Shown piece by piece: positions 49,859 through 61,096 of a stretch of DNA of 64,000 bases. Source of the stretch: Planctomycetota bacterium (GTDB lineage Bacteria > Planctomycetota > UBA1135 > UBA2386); the NCBI GenBank assembly GCA_046290465.1, contig JBKAGP010000001.1:320001-384000 (forward strand). The letters are read 5' to 3'. The translations under genes were made by a program, and so were the position numbers. Numbering within the stretch: position 1 is the stretch's first letter; every line of letters begins with the position of its first letter. The notes under the pieces are model-generated. The model saw only the letters and a list, made by a program, of their open reading frames with translations. It was not told the DNA's origin and made no database searches.

Positions 49859-50746
49859 TTATCTCGCCGGCCGGTCGCCGCGGCGCAGGATCGCCTGCTG
49901 TTCCTCGGTGATGCCCTTGGCGAACAGGAACTTGTAGGCGCCGTGGTAGCGGCAGTGGTCGCAGCGCGGGTCCATCCCCACGCCGGCGCGCCGGTGCAGC
50001 CAGCAGGTGCGCAGGTCCATGGCGCCCCAGACGGTGTTGCAGCGCTTGCAGTGCGCCTGCTTGCCGGCGTCGTGCTGGCTGTCCGTCTGCAGGGCGCGGA
50101 TCGCGTCGACCAGCGGCTTGCTGAGGTCCTTCTTGAACAGCTGGTTGTGTTGGTGGTTGCGGGCGCGCTCGTTCTTGGCGTCGCGCAGGGCGTCGACGAT
50201 CTGCGCGTGCAGGTCGACGACCTCGACGCCGGCCTTCCGCATGCGGCGCTTGGCGACCTCGTTGTAGCGAGCGACGTCGCGCGGATCGATCGCCGAGCTC
50301 TTCTGGCGCGGGTTGAGGGGCATCGTGCTCAGCCACAGCACGCGGTGGGTCGACGCGTGGAGCCGCTCGGCGAGCCGCTCGAGGTTGTCGCCGTACTGCT
50401 CCAGGCCAGTGACCGGCACGCCGCCGGCCTTCGGGCTCATCGCGCGGATCTGCTTGCTGGTCGGGTCGCGGTGCATCAGGTCGTTGAGCCCGAGGTTGAC
50501 GCAGATGACGTCCCAGCGCTGCTTCTGCAGCACCTCCTCTGCGTGCTCCAGCATGGCGCCACTGCTCAGGTGGCCGAGCGGCGAACGCAGGACCGTGGCC
50601 CTGCCCTTGAGCGCCTTCTGCGTGTTCTGGAAGTGGTTGTTCAGGCTGATGTCGCCGACCAGCAGCACGCGCGGAAGCTTGGGCTTGGCCGGCTGCTGTG
50701 CAGCGGCGATGACGGCGAGCAGGGCGATGGCGAGGCCGAACCGCAT
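49859..50746 (-). CDS. Degenerate SGNH/GDSL-fold protein with C-terminal Cys/His-rich domain
   Basis: Signal peptide; LPRVLLVGDIS, N.GLND, YNEVA, VVDLH; tail HCKRC...CWLH...CDHCRYH. Confidence 0.75.
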   Translation of the reverse strand: MRFGLAIALLAVIAAAQQPAKPKLPRVLLVGDISLNNHFQNTQKALKGRATVLRSPLGHLSSGAMLEHAEEVLQKQRWDVICVNLGLNDLMHRDPTSKQIRAMSPKAGGVPVTGLEQYGDNLERLAERLHASTHRVLWLSTMPLNPRQKSSAIDPRDVARYNEVAKRRMRKAGVEVVDLHAQIVDALRDAKNERARNHQHNQLFKKDLSKPLVDAIRALQTDSQHDAGKQAHCKRCNTVWGAMDLRTCWLHRRAGVGMDPRCDHCRYHGAYKFLFAKGITEEQQAILRRGDRPAR

Positions 50747-52107
50747 CACGCCTCCTTCCTCAGAGCGGTCATCGGGCCGGTGCTGTCGGCGAACCGCTCG
50801 ACCGGCACGTCGACGGCGTGCAGCATCGACACGAACAGGTTGGCGAGCGGCACCTTGTCGTCGCCGACGAAGCGATGCAGCCGGCCGTGCTCGAAGCCGA
50901 GCGCGTCGCCACCAGCGACCTGGATCGGGTAGTTCTGCGTGTTGTGCGCCTGGTGGGGGTGGGCCGAGCCCCACAGCACGACGGTGTGGTCCAGCATGTC
51001 GCCGTCGCCTTCCTTGGCGGACCGCAGCTTGTCGAGGAAGTAGGCGTGCTGCTTCGCGCGCCACTGCTCCCAGCGGCCCGAGATGTCCTTCGGCCGCTTG
51101 TGCGAGATGTCGTGCGTGTTGCCCGGGTAGCCGAGCAGGTAGTTCGAGTAGTTGCCGACCTCGTGCGACGTCGACTGCTCGCTCTCGGTCATGAACGTCG
51201 CGTACCGGGTCAGGTCGGTCTGCAGCGCCAGGAACAGCAGGTCGTACATCGTGCGCACGTACTCCTCGGGCTGCTTGGCGGTGACATCGAGGCGCAGGCC
51301 CGACGCGTCGACCTCCGGCATCGGTTCGTGTGTCCACCGGTCGATGCGCTCGATGCGCTTCTCGGCGTCGCGCACCGACTCGAGGTACTCGGCCATCTTC
51401 TGCTGGTCGGCGCGCGAGAGGCGCCGGTCGAGGTCCTTCGACTGCTCGAGCACGAGGTCGAGCACCGAGCGGCGCGTCTGCAGCTCCTTGCGCACGTCGG
51501 CGAGGTCGCGGCCGGCGTACGGCCGGAACATGCGGTCAAAGATCTGGCGCGGCTTGTGCAGCGCCGGAATCGGCTTGCCCGGGCCGCGGTGCGACAGCGT
51601 CTTGGCGGCGCCGTAGCTGCCGGTGCCGCCCTCGGTCCCGAGCACCAGCGACGCGTAGCGCGTCTCGGCGCCGTGCGCGTTCGCCGCGACCTGGTCGATC
51701 GAGATGTTGTTGGTCTTCTCGAGGTCGGCCATGTCGGCGCCGGTCGCGAACACGTCGCCGGAGCTGTGGCCGCCGAGCTTGTGGCCGCCGGCGTGGTCGA
51801 GGCCCTGCAGGTAGCTCAGCCGGTTCTGGAACGACGCGAACGGCGCGCTCGCCTTGTTGAACGTCAGCGGGCCCGGGTCGCGGCACGGCCACCAGCTCCA
51901 GTCGTGGTGCGGCTTGCTGAGGTCGGTGATGCCGCTCGGGCCGTTCGGCATGTAGGCGCCGTACGAGATGTAGGTCGCGACCAGGCGCTTTGGGCGCGCG
52001 GGCGGCGAGGTGCGGCCGGTCATGCCTTCGAGCAGCGGCAGCGCCAGCGCCGCGCCGGCGCCGCGCAGCAGCTGGCGACGGTCGAGGTTCCAGGGCTTGC
52101 GGGTCAT
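50746..52107 (-). CDS. DUF1552 domain protein
   Basis: DRRQLLRGAGAALALPLLE; ISIDQVAA; SVLD; YLESVR..EKRI; PLANLFVSML; FADSTG. Confidence 0.9.
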   Translation of the reverse strand: MTRKPWNLDRRQLLRGAGAALALPLLEGMTGRTSPPARPKRLVATYISYGAYMPNGPSGITDLSKPHHDWSWWPCRDPGPLTFNKASAPFASFQNRLSYLQGLDHAGGHKLGGHSSGDVFATGADMADLEKTNNISIDQVAANAHGAETRYASLVLGTEGGTGSYGAAKTLSHRGPGKPIPALHKPRQIFDRMFRPYAGRDLADVRKELQTRRSVLDLVLEQSKDLDRRLSRADQQKMAEYLESVRDAEKRIERIDRWTHEPMPEVDASGLRLDVTAKQPEEYVRTMYDLLFLALQTDLTRYATFMTESEQSTSHEVGNYSNYLLGYPGNTHDISHKRPKDISGRWEQWRAKQHAYFLDKLRSAKEGDGDMLDHTVVLWGSAHPHQAHNTQNYPIQVAGGDALGFEHGRLHRFVGDDKVPLANLFVSMLHAVDVPVERFADSTGPMTALRKEA

Positions 52108-54674
52108 TTCGTGGTCCTCGCGGTGAACTGGTCGCAGGTGCAGATCGACACGATCAGGTCCTCGAGTCGGTAGCCGTTCGGCCGCCCGTCGCGCAGCAGC
52201 CGTTCGATCACGTAGCGGTCGCGGTAGGTCAGCTCGCGGCCCAGCGCGTGGGCGAGCAGCCGACGGGTGACGTTGGCGGCGAAGTCGTCGAGGCGCTCCG
52301 CGAGCAGGTAGCGCTTCAGGCCGGCGACGCCGTCGACCTCGGGGCCGTTGGGCAGCCGCGAGGTGGCGTCGACGTCCTGCGTGCACAGGCCGTCGAGGTA
52401 GCTGCGGTAGCCGTCGAGGTCGCGGTGCGTGTTGGCGTCGAAGCCCTGGATCCGGGTGCCCGCGGGCGCGACCTTCGGTGCCCAGCGGCCGGTCGCGTCG
52501 TACTCCTCGAACGGGATGCCCCACGGATCGAGGCGCGCGTGGCAGTCGCGGCAGCTCTCCTTGGTGCGGTGGACGCGTAGCAGGTCCTTCAGCGTGACCG
52601 CCTCGCTGGGCTGCTCGCCGGCCGACTGCTCCAAGGCCGGTACGTCCGCCGGCGGGTCGGGCACGTGGTCGCCGAGGATCGCCTCGCGCAGCCAGACCGC
52701 ACGGTAGACCGGATGCGGCGCGGTGCCGGTCGACGTTCCCACCAGGAACGCGCCCTGCGTCAGCAGCCCGCCGAGGTGGTGCTCGGGTCGGAGTTCGACC
52801 GGCCGCAGTGCGTGGCCCTGCACGCCGTCGACACCGTAGTGCGCGGCGAGCCGCCGGTTCAGCATCGCGAAGTCCGCGTCGATCAGCTGCGCGACCGGGG
52901 CGTTGCGGCGGATCAACTCTGCGACGAACGCCACCGTCTCGTCGTGCATCATCTCGCGCACCGTCGGCCGGTTCGAGACCTCCTGGCCGCGCCGTTCGCC
53001 GCGCGCGATCGTGTAGAGGAAGCGCGGGAAGCGCTCGAGGTTGATCGGCACCGCCCGCTGCTTGTCGAGCGCCAGCCACTGGCTCGCGAAGTTTGCGACG
53101 AAGTCGTCGCTGCGCGGATCGGCGAGCATGCGCCGCGCCTGCGCGGCGAGCACCTCGGGCTGCGCGAGCTCGCCGCGGCGCGCCAGCTCGAACAGTTCCC
53201 GGTCGGGCATCGACGCCCACAGGAAGTACGACAGCCGGCACGCGAGCTCGTGCTGCGGGTGGCCGCGGCCGTCGGTGTGCTGCAGGAACTCGGGCGAGAT
53301 CAGCGCGGTCGCGAGCGTCTCGCGCATCGCCTCTTCGAGCGTCTCGAGGCCGAGGCGCTCTTGCACCAGCGTGTAGATGCGTTCGTAGCGCGCCAGCTCT
53401 GCCTCGCCGACGGGCCGGCGGAACGCGCGCGGCAGGAACCGCGCCAGCACCGCGCGCACGTAGACCTTCGGGTCGCGCTCGCGGTCGGGCGAGTCGAACA
53501 GGATGCGGGTGTGGTGCTCGGGCGGCCAGCTGTCGAACACCGGCGCCTCGAACTCCATCCAGTCGACGACCGCGCGCGGCCGGGTCAGCGGGTCGGGGCG
53601 GTCGTTGAGCGTGCCGTCGTCGTAGATGTTGACCGGCGTCACCGTGAAGTGCGGCGCGGTCACGATCAGCCGGCCGTCGATCTTGCCGCCGCGGCGGTAG
53701 CGATGCTCGGGCTTGGACGGGAAGTTCTCGATCCTGCCGGTCAGCTCGTAGACCTGCGGCGCGTCGGCGCGGTTCTGCAGCCGGAGCACGCCGACCGGGC
53801 GCGCCGGGCTCAGTCCCGACACGCCGACGCCGACGATGTCGTGGCCGAGCATGATCTGCAGTGGCATCTCGTCGACGCCAGCTGGCAGGATCGCGCTCGC
53901 CTGCAGCCGAATCCGGAACGTGCCCGTCTGCGGCCACTCGAACACCCGCATGCCGTTGGCGACCGTACGGTTGCGGTTGCCGAACACGCCGAGCTCGTCG
54001 CGCTGCATGCCGGTCGGATCGGGCATGCCGCGCTGCTCGTGCGCCTGCCACGACTGGCGCGTGCGATGCACCTCGGGCGGGGTCGGGTCGACGATCACCG
54101 AGGCCATCGCGCGCCGGGCGTTCTCGCCGTAGCGGTCGAGGTGCTCGAGCCCCATCAACAAGAAGCCCGGCGTGTTGTTGGAGCGGTAGGGCCGGGACGG
54201 GTCCTCGGGCAGGTTGTCGGACAGCTCGAGCTCGACCCCGAGCAGGTCGCGCATCGTGTTGTGGTACTCGACGTTGGTCAGCCGTCGCAGCGTCGGCGGC
54301 GCCTCGGCGGCGGCGACTCTTGCGACCAACGCCTGCAGCTCGCGGTCGATCCAGGAGGCGAGGCGTTCTCGGTCCTGCTGGTCGGGCTGCGGCTCGTCCT
54401 CGGGTGGCATCTCGCCGCTGTGCAGCATGTCCAGCACCAGCTCCCAGGTCTCGACATGCTGGCCGCTCGCCGGGCCGTTGGCGAACGCGTGCAGCGCCAC
54501 GTCGCCCTTCTGCTTGTCCTCGCCGTGGCAGCGCACGCAGTGCGCGCGGAAGAACGGCTGCGCGAGCGACGTGTAGCTCGCGCGCGCCTGCTCTCCGGAG
54601 GGGGCTTCCTGCGCGGCGGCGCCGAGCGTCAGCAGCGCGAGGGCTGCGACGCCGCAGGACGAGGGGGACGGCAT
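52104..54674 (-). CDS. DUF1592/1588/1587/1595/1585 protein with planctomycete cytochrome c domain
   Basis: CVRCHG...MPP; RRLTNVEY.NTMRDLLG; RAFRRP; RLSYFLWASMPD; CRDCHARLDPWG. Confidence 0.92.
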   Translation of the reverse strand: MPSPSSCGVAALALLTLGAAAQEAPSGEQARASYTSLAQPFFRAHCVRCHGEDKQKGDVALHAFANGPASGQHVETWELVLDMLHSGEMPPEDEPQPDQQDRERLASWIDRELQALVARVAAAEAPPTLRRLTNVEYHNTMRDLLGVELELSDNLPEDPSRPYRSNNTPGFLLMGLEHLDRYGENARRAMASVIVDPTPPEVHRTRQSWQAHEQRGMPDPTGMQRDELGVFGNRNRTVANGMRVFEWPQTGTFRIRLQASAILPAGVDEMPLQIMLGHDIVGVGVSGLSPARPVGVLRLQNRADAPQVYELTGRIENFPSKPEHRYRRGGKIDGRLIVTAPHFTVTPVNIYDDGTLNDRPDPLTRPRAVVDWMEFEAPVFDSWPPEHHTRILFDSPDRERDPKVYVRAVLARFLPRAFRRPVGEAELARYERIYTLVQERLGLETLEEAMRETLATALISPEFLQHTDGRGHPQHELACRLSYFLWASMPDRELFELARRGELAQPEVLAAQARRMLADPRSDDFVANFASQWLALDKQRAVPINLERFPRFLYTIARGERRGQEVSNRPTVREMMHDETVAFVAELIRRNAPVAQLIDADFAMLNRRLAAHYGVDGVQGHALRPVELRPEHHLGGLLTQGAFLVGTSTGTAPHPVYRAVWLREAILGDHVPDPPADVPALEQSAGEQPSEAVTLKDLLRVHRTKESCRDCHARLDPWGIPFEEYDATGRWAPKVAPAGTRIQGFDANTHRDLDGYRSYLDGLCTQDVDATSRLPNGPEVDGVAGLKRYLLAERLDDFAANVTRRLLAHALGRELTYRDRYVIERLLRDGRPNGYRLEDLIVSICTCDQFTARTTK

Positions 54675-54706
54675 GGCGTCATCCTAGCCAATCGGGGCGC
54701 GCGCGA

Positions 54707-55147
54707 TCAGACCTTCCCGTACCAGAGGATCAGGTCGTAGACCTTCTTGCCGGTCGCCTCGTCGAGCGTGAACGTGAAGGTCGCGTTCTCCTTGGTGACG
54801 GGCTGGTCGGTGCGCAGCACCGTGATCCGCTGCTCGCTCTTGTCGAACAGCGCGAGCACCAGGCCGGCCTTGCCGAACATGCGGTGCTCGTCCGCCAGCC
54901 GGAACGGCCGGACCGTCAGCTCGGTGCCACCGCGGAGCTCGCACTTCCAGCCCTCGGCCATCGCGCCCTGGCCGAGCTTGCCGGTGCCGGCGAGGTGCTC
55001 GGGCGTCGCGGTGCCGGTGGTGGGGCCGTATCTCCAGGCGAGCTCGCGGTTGCGCCAATCGTAGGTGGGCTTGTCCTCGCCGCCGCAGCCGGCGAACAGC
55101 AGCGCGGTCAGGAGGAGGCCCGCGCGGCCCAGGTAGGTGGCTTGCAT
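54707..55147 (-). CDS. Hypothetical lipoprotein
   Basis: LLFAGC lipobox; typical codon usage. Confidence 0.7.
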   Translation of the reverse strand: MQATYLGRAGLLLTALLFAGCGGEDKPTYDWRNRELAWRYGPTTGTATPEHLAGTGKLGQGAMAEGWKCELRGGTELTVRPFRLADEHRMFGKAGLVLALFDKSEQRITVLRTDQPVTKENATFTFTLDEATGKKVYDLILWYGKV

Positions 55148-55389
55148 GGCGACGCACGTTCCGTCGTGGGCTGCGCGGTTTCAAGCAGCCAGACGTTCAC
55201 AAACGCACAGTCGGAGTTGTTCCGGGAGCGCCGCGTTGGCCGATAACCCTCGCGGCCCGCAGCGTTCCATGCGATCGATGTTGGCCTTCGTCCGATCCCG
55301 GCCATACCCTGCCGTGCACGTGTCCCGGCAGGCGGTTGGGGCCAGTTCGTTGTTACGGGGTCCGGTTCGCGGAGCTAGCTCGTTCGCAG

Positions 55390-56411
<1,022 letters not shown>

Positions 56412-56415
<4 letters not shown>

Positions 56416-57179
56416 GGGGTGCGCTCACGACGCTGAAGAAGGAGCTGCTGTCGTATGCGGTCAGCCCGGTCAGCTGGATCATCGCGGTGCTGTTCTACCT
56501 GGTGCGCGGCTTCGAGCTGGTGACGATCGCGCTCAACTTCGCGATCTACAAGGCCGACCCCAACCAGTTCCCCGGCGCGACCTACGGCGCCGGCAGCACG
56601 TTCTACATGGTGCTGCTGGTGCCCGGCATCCTGACGATGCGGTGCTTCGCCGAGGAGCGGCGCACCGGTTCGATCGAGACCCTGATGACCGCGCCGGTGC
56701 GTGACTTCGAGGTCGTGATCGGCAAGTGGCTGGCGGCGGCGACGTTCTTCGCGCTGCTGTGGCTGCCGAGCGTGCTGGTGCTGCACCTGCTCGAGTACGA
56801 ACCGTACTTCGGCGCCGACATCTCGTTCGGGCCGGTGTTCGCCGCCTACCTGGGCATGTTCCTGCTCAGCGGCCTGCTGCTGGCGTTCGGCTGCTTCGCC
56901 AGCAGCCTGACCGAGAACGTGCTGCTCGCGGCGATCCTGACGATGCTGTTCACCGGCCTGCTGACGCAGGCGTCGGGGTTCCTGTCGCAGTACGTCGGCG
57001 ACCTGCGCAACGAGTACTACATGCGCGAGATCCTCAGCAAGCTCGACGTCTACGGCAACTTCAGCAACTGGTTCGCGCGCGGCCTGATCGACACCAGCCA
57101 CGTCGTGTTCTACCTCGGCGGCATCGGCTTCTTCCTGTTCCTGACGTGGACCAGCCTGACCTCGCGGAGGCAGGCATGA
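56412..57179 (+). CDS. ABC-2 permease (GldF-like)
   Basis: KKEL.SY..SP; TMR.FAEERRTGSIE.L.TAP; GKWLA; about 6 TM helices. Confidence 0.9.
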
Positions 57180-58759
57180 ACGTGCGTCGTCTGGGAGTCT
57201 GGGCCAACCTCGCGATCAGCGCGGTGCTGGCGCTGCTCGTCTGGGTGCTGCTGGTCTGGGTCGCGTCGCGGCCGGGTCTGCGCACGCTGGTCGACATGAC
57301 GCCGCAGCGCGTCAACTCGGTCGATCCGGTCACCGAGGAGCTGCTGCGCACGCTGCGCGACGAAGGGGCCGAGGTCGAGTTCCACGTGTTCCGCCAGCAG
57401 CTCGGCGGCCAGGCGCGCAACGAGGCCGAGGCGCAGGCGCTGGCGATCCGCGCGCGGCTGCTCGAGCTGACCAAGATGCTGCTGCGCCGCTACGTGGCGA
57501 TCGGCGGCGAGAGCGTCAAGTCGTACGACCACGCGCCGTTCGAGGATACGACCGCCTACCGCGAAGCGGCGCAGGCATTCGGCTACACCGCCGCCGACAA
57601 CGAGGCGCTGGTGGTGGCGGTGCGGCAGAAGGGCAAGGAGCGCCGCTTCCGCAAGCTGTCGCTGATCTCCGACCTGGCGGTCATCGAGATGCCGCAGCAG
57701 CAGGCCGGGCCGGTCAAGCGGGCGCTGGTGCCGGTGCTCAAGGACTACGAGGGCGAGAAGGCGATCAGCTCGGCGCTCAAGGGGCTGCTGGTGCAGGGCA
57801 ACCCGATCGCCTACGTCATCAAGAGCAACTCGTCGTTCGTCGACTTCGGCGACACCTCGGCGGTCGGCTACGGCCAGTTCGTCGCCGCGCTGGTGCAGAG
57901 CGGCTTCGAGGTGCGCGAGCTCAAGCAGCTGCGCGGCGGCGTGCCGGCCGATGCCTCGCTGGTGATCGTGATCGAACCGAACCGCGACTTCGTGTCGCGC
58001 GACGCCGACGCGCTCTACGAGTACATGCGGCGCGGTGGCCGCGTGTTCCTCAACTACGCGTGGTCGGCGATCCCCGACCAGAACCCGACCGGCGGCCGCT
58101 TCGGCGAACTGCTCGGCTACGAGCTCAGCCGGCAGCCGGTGTTCCACAAGATCCCGTCGCCGTCGCGCGGCGCACCGAGCCTGGACGGCACCCCCGAGGT
58201 CGCGCGGCTGGCGGTCGAGTCGAACCACCTGCACCCGACGACCCGGCGCCTGCACGAGGCTGGCCGCACCATCCAGGTCTACCTGGCGCGCGGCCTGCGC
58301 GAGCGCGAAGGCGCGCCGGCGAACGTGCGCCGGGAGCCGCTGCTGTGGACCGGCAACGAGGGCTGGCTGGCCGTGCCCGGCGCCGACGGCCGGCCCGACT
58401 ACCGGGCTCCCAACGTGCGGCTGCAGTCGTTCGCAGTGGCGATGGCCTGTGAGGTCGACGCCGAGGAACCGCCGGCCGGCGCGGCCGACGGGACCCCGCG
58501 CACCGGCCAGGCCGTGATCGTGTCGGGCGCGTTCTGCAACAACGCCGGAATGCGGTTCTACGGCGACTTCGCCCTCAACATCTGCAACTGGATGGCCGAA
58601 CGTAAGGTCCTGCTCGACATCGAGGGGGCGCAGTACGAGGTGCGCAGCCTCGAGGTGCAGCCGCAGCAGATCGAGCGGGTCTGGTGGTTGCTGGTGCTGT
58701 GGGTGCCGGGCGCGTTCTTCGTGTTCGGATTGATCGTGTGGTGGCGACGGAGGCACTGA
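57176..58759 (+). CDS. GldG-like ABC auxiliary component
   Basis: N- and C-terminal TM helices; DMT...S; E.AISSAL; Y..RGGRV; N...WM. Confidence 0.8.
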   Translation: MNVRRLGVWANLAISAVLALLVWVLLVWVASRPGLRTLVDMTPQRVNSVDPVTEELLRTLRDEGAEVEFHVFRQQLGGQARNEAEAQALAIRARLLELTKMLLRRYVAIGGESVKSYDHAPFEDTTAYREAAQAFGYTAADNEALVVAVRQKGKERRFRKLSLISDLAVIEMPQQQAGPVKRALVPVLKDYEGEKAISSALKGLLVQGNPIAYVIKSNSSFVDFGDTSAVGYGQFVAALVQSGFEVRELKQLRGGVPADASLVIVIEPNRDFVSRDADALYEYMRRGGRVFLNYAWSAIPDQNPTGGRFGELLGYELSRQPVFHKIPSPSRGAPSLDGTPEVARLAVESNHLHPTTRRLHEAGRTIQVYLARGLREREGAPANVRREPLLWTGNEGWLAVPGADGRPDYRAPNVRLQSFAVAMACEVDAEEPPAGAADGTPRTGQAVIVSGAFCNNAGMRFYGDFALNICNWMAERKVLLDIEGAQYEVRSLEVQPQQIERVWWLLVLWVPGAFFVFGLIVWWRRRH

Positions 58760-60537
58760 TGGGCGGCAAAGCGATCCTTCTTCTGCTGGTGCTGGCCGGT
58801 GGGCTCGGTGCGGTGCTCTACTTCACCGACCGGACGCCGCCGGCCAAGACGACCACCGAGACCGCGGTGCTCGACGGCCGCTCGCTGACCGACGCGACCA
58901 GGATCCGCTGGCAGTTCCACGAGCGCGAGCCGGTCGAGATCGGCCGCGCGCCGGACGGCCGCTTCCAGATCCAGGAGCCGCTGGTCGACCTGGCGTCGAT
59001 GGGCTACCTGCGGCAGATCGTCAACGCCTGGGACTCGGCGCAGATGCGCGCGGTGCCGTTCGACGACGACGAGGCCGGCCGCGAGAAGGCTGGGCTGTCG
59101 CCGCCGACGATGAAGCTGATCGTCGAGTGGCAGGACCGTCGCATCGAGGTCGAGGTGGGGGATCCGGGCCCGCTCGGGGAGACCCGCTTCCTGCGCCGCG
59201 ACGGCAAGATCTGGGAAGGCGGCCAGGCGCTGATCGAGAGCATGCGCGTCGGCCTCGACGACCTGCGCGAGAAGCAGGTGTTCCGCCACCAGTTCGTGCA
59301 CACGACCAAGCTGCGCGTCGACCAGGTCAACCCGCTCGGGGGCCGCGAGACGCTGGAGCTGCTGCGCGAGGGCAAGGGCTGGCAGCTGACCTCCCCGGTC
59401 GCGGGCCGCGCGTCGTCGCAGGCCGCGCAGCAGTTCGTCACCGCGGTGACGTCGCTGCGCGTCGACTACTTCCAGCCGAGCGTCGCGCGTCCGCCAGAGC
59501 GCGATCCGGAGATCAGGATCTACGTCAAGGGCGCCTACGGCGAGGAGAACCTCGACCTGTGGCTCGAGCAGGGCCAGGTCTGGGGCTACCTGCCCGAGCG
59601 CGGCCACCTGTTCATCAGCGACAACCGCCAGTACGGCCAGGTGTTCGTCAACGCCGCCAACAACCTGCGCGCGCGGATCCTGGTGCCGATGGGCGACAGC
59701 ACGTTCGAGCAGCTGGTCGAACTGGTCATCGACCCGGGCCAGGGCAGCGGCCGGGACCGCATCCGGCTGCGCCGCCAGAACCAGAACGCGCCATGGCAGC
59801 TGATCGAGCCGGTCGAGTACGGCGCCCGCGCGACGCCGGTCAACGAGGCGGCGCACGCGCTGCAGCGGCTGGTGGCGCGCAAGTTCGTCACCGACGAGGA
59901 CGTGCAGCGGCCGCGGGCCGAGGATCCGCGCTACGGCATGGTCGGCACGCGCTGGTCGTTGACGACCCGGCGGGTCAACGAGACCGAGATGCACACGCTC
60001 TGGTTCGGCGGCGACGCCGACGTCGGTGGCGACGAACCGCTGATCTACTGCGCGCGCGCCGACGAGCCCGACAACGTCGCGCTGGTGCCGAAGGTCGCGC
60101 TCGAGACGCTGCAGCGGCCGTGGACGGTCTACTGCGACAAGGGCATCATGAAGCAGCCGGCGGTCGTCGAACGGCTGGACCTGGTGCACAAGGACGGCCG
60201 CAAGCGCACGTTCCGGATCCAGGAGGACGGCACCTGGCAGCTCGACGGCTCCGACGAGGATCGCAGCGAGGTCGGCGACTACGTCGACGACACGCTGCGC
60301 GACTTCGTCGGCAAGCGGGCGGTCGACATGCGCACCGGCTTCGCTGACGAGCCGGACTGGACGCTGCTGCTGATGCGCCGCAACGGCGACGAACTCGGCC
60401 GCACGCGGATCTGGGATCCGGGCCCCGAGGCGCGCCTGATCGCGCGTGGCCGCACCAAGCCGGGTATGCGGGAGCAGAAGCTCGGCATCGAGCTGGGCAA
60501 GCGCGACACCGCCGAGCTGCGCAAACTCTGGAAGTAG
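58759..60537 (+). CDS. DUF4340-like protein
   Basis: N-terminal anchor; repeated W.L..PV...A modules; GL.PP; position after GldG-like gene. Confidence 0.7.
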   Translation: MGGKAILLLLVLAGGLGAVLYFTDRTPPAKTTTETAVLDGRSLTDATRIRWQFHEREPVEIGRAPDGRFQIQEPLVDLASMGYLRQIVNAWDSAQMRAVPFDDDEAGREKAGLSPPTMKLIVEWQDRRIEVEVGDPGPLGETRFLRRDGKIWEGGQALIESMRVGLDDLREKQVFRHQFVHTTKLRVDQVNPLGGRETLELLREGKGWQLTSPVAGRASSQAAQQFVTAVTSLRVDYFQPSVARPPERDPEIRIYVKGAYGEENLDLWLEQGQVWGYLPERGHLFISDNRQYGQVFVNAANNLRARILVPMGDSTFEQLVELVIDPGQGSGRDRIRLRRQNQNAPWQLIEPVEYGARATPVNEAAHALQRLVARKFVTDEDVQRPRAEDPRYGMVGTRWSLTTRRVNETEMHTLWFGGDADVGGDEPLIYCARADEPDNVALVPKVALETLQRPWTVYCDKGIMKQPAVVERLDLVHKDGRKRTFRIQEDGTWQLDGSDEDRSEVGDYVDDTLRDFVGKRAVDMRTGFADEPDWTLLLMRRNGDELGRTRIWDPGPEARLIARGRTKPGMREQKLGIELGKRDTAELRKLWK

Positions 60538-60598
60538 CCGCCGGCAAAGCGCACGGCGCACGCGAAACGGCGCCGGCGGCCGACTATCCTGGCCGCCG

Positions 60599-61096
60599 AT
60601 GGCGACCAAGAAGTCGAAGCGTCCGAGGCGCTACTGGCTGTTCAAGTCCGAGCCGGACGTCTACGGCATCGACCAGCTCGAACAGGACGGCAGCACGTTC
60701 TGGAACGGCGTGCGCAACTACCAGGCGCGCAACCTGCTGCGTGACGAGATCCTGCTCGACGACGGCGTGCTGTACTACCACAGCAACGCCAAGCCGATGG
60801 CCGTGGTCGGGATCGCACGCGTCTGCAAGGAGGGCTACCCCGACCAGACGCAGTTCGAGGAGGGCGGCAAGTACCACGACCCGGACAGCGATCCGAAAGA
60901 CCCGCGCTGGTACCACGTCGACATCGAGTTCGTCGCCAAGGCCGACGAGCCGGTGACGCGCGAGCAGATGAAGGCCGAGCCGAAGCTCGACGAGATGATG
61001 CTGCTGCAGCGCGGCAGCCGGCTGTCGGTGCAGCCCGTGACCAAGGCCGAGTGGCAGACCGTGCTGCGCATGGCCGGACTGAAGGAGAGCTGGTGA
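60599..61096 (+). CDS. EVE domain protein
   Basis: YWLFKSEP, WNGVRNYQARN, YYHSN, SRLSVQPV. Confidence 0.93.
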   Translation: MATKKSKRPRRYWLFKSEPDVYGIDQLEQDGSTFWNGVRNYQARNLLRDEILLDDGVLYYHSNAKPMAVVGIARVCKEGYPDQTQFEEGGKYHDPDSDPKDPRWYHVDIEFVAKADEPVTREQMKAEPKLDEMMLLQRGSRLSVQPVTKAEWQTVLRMAGLKESW

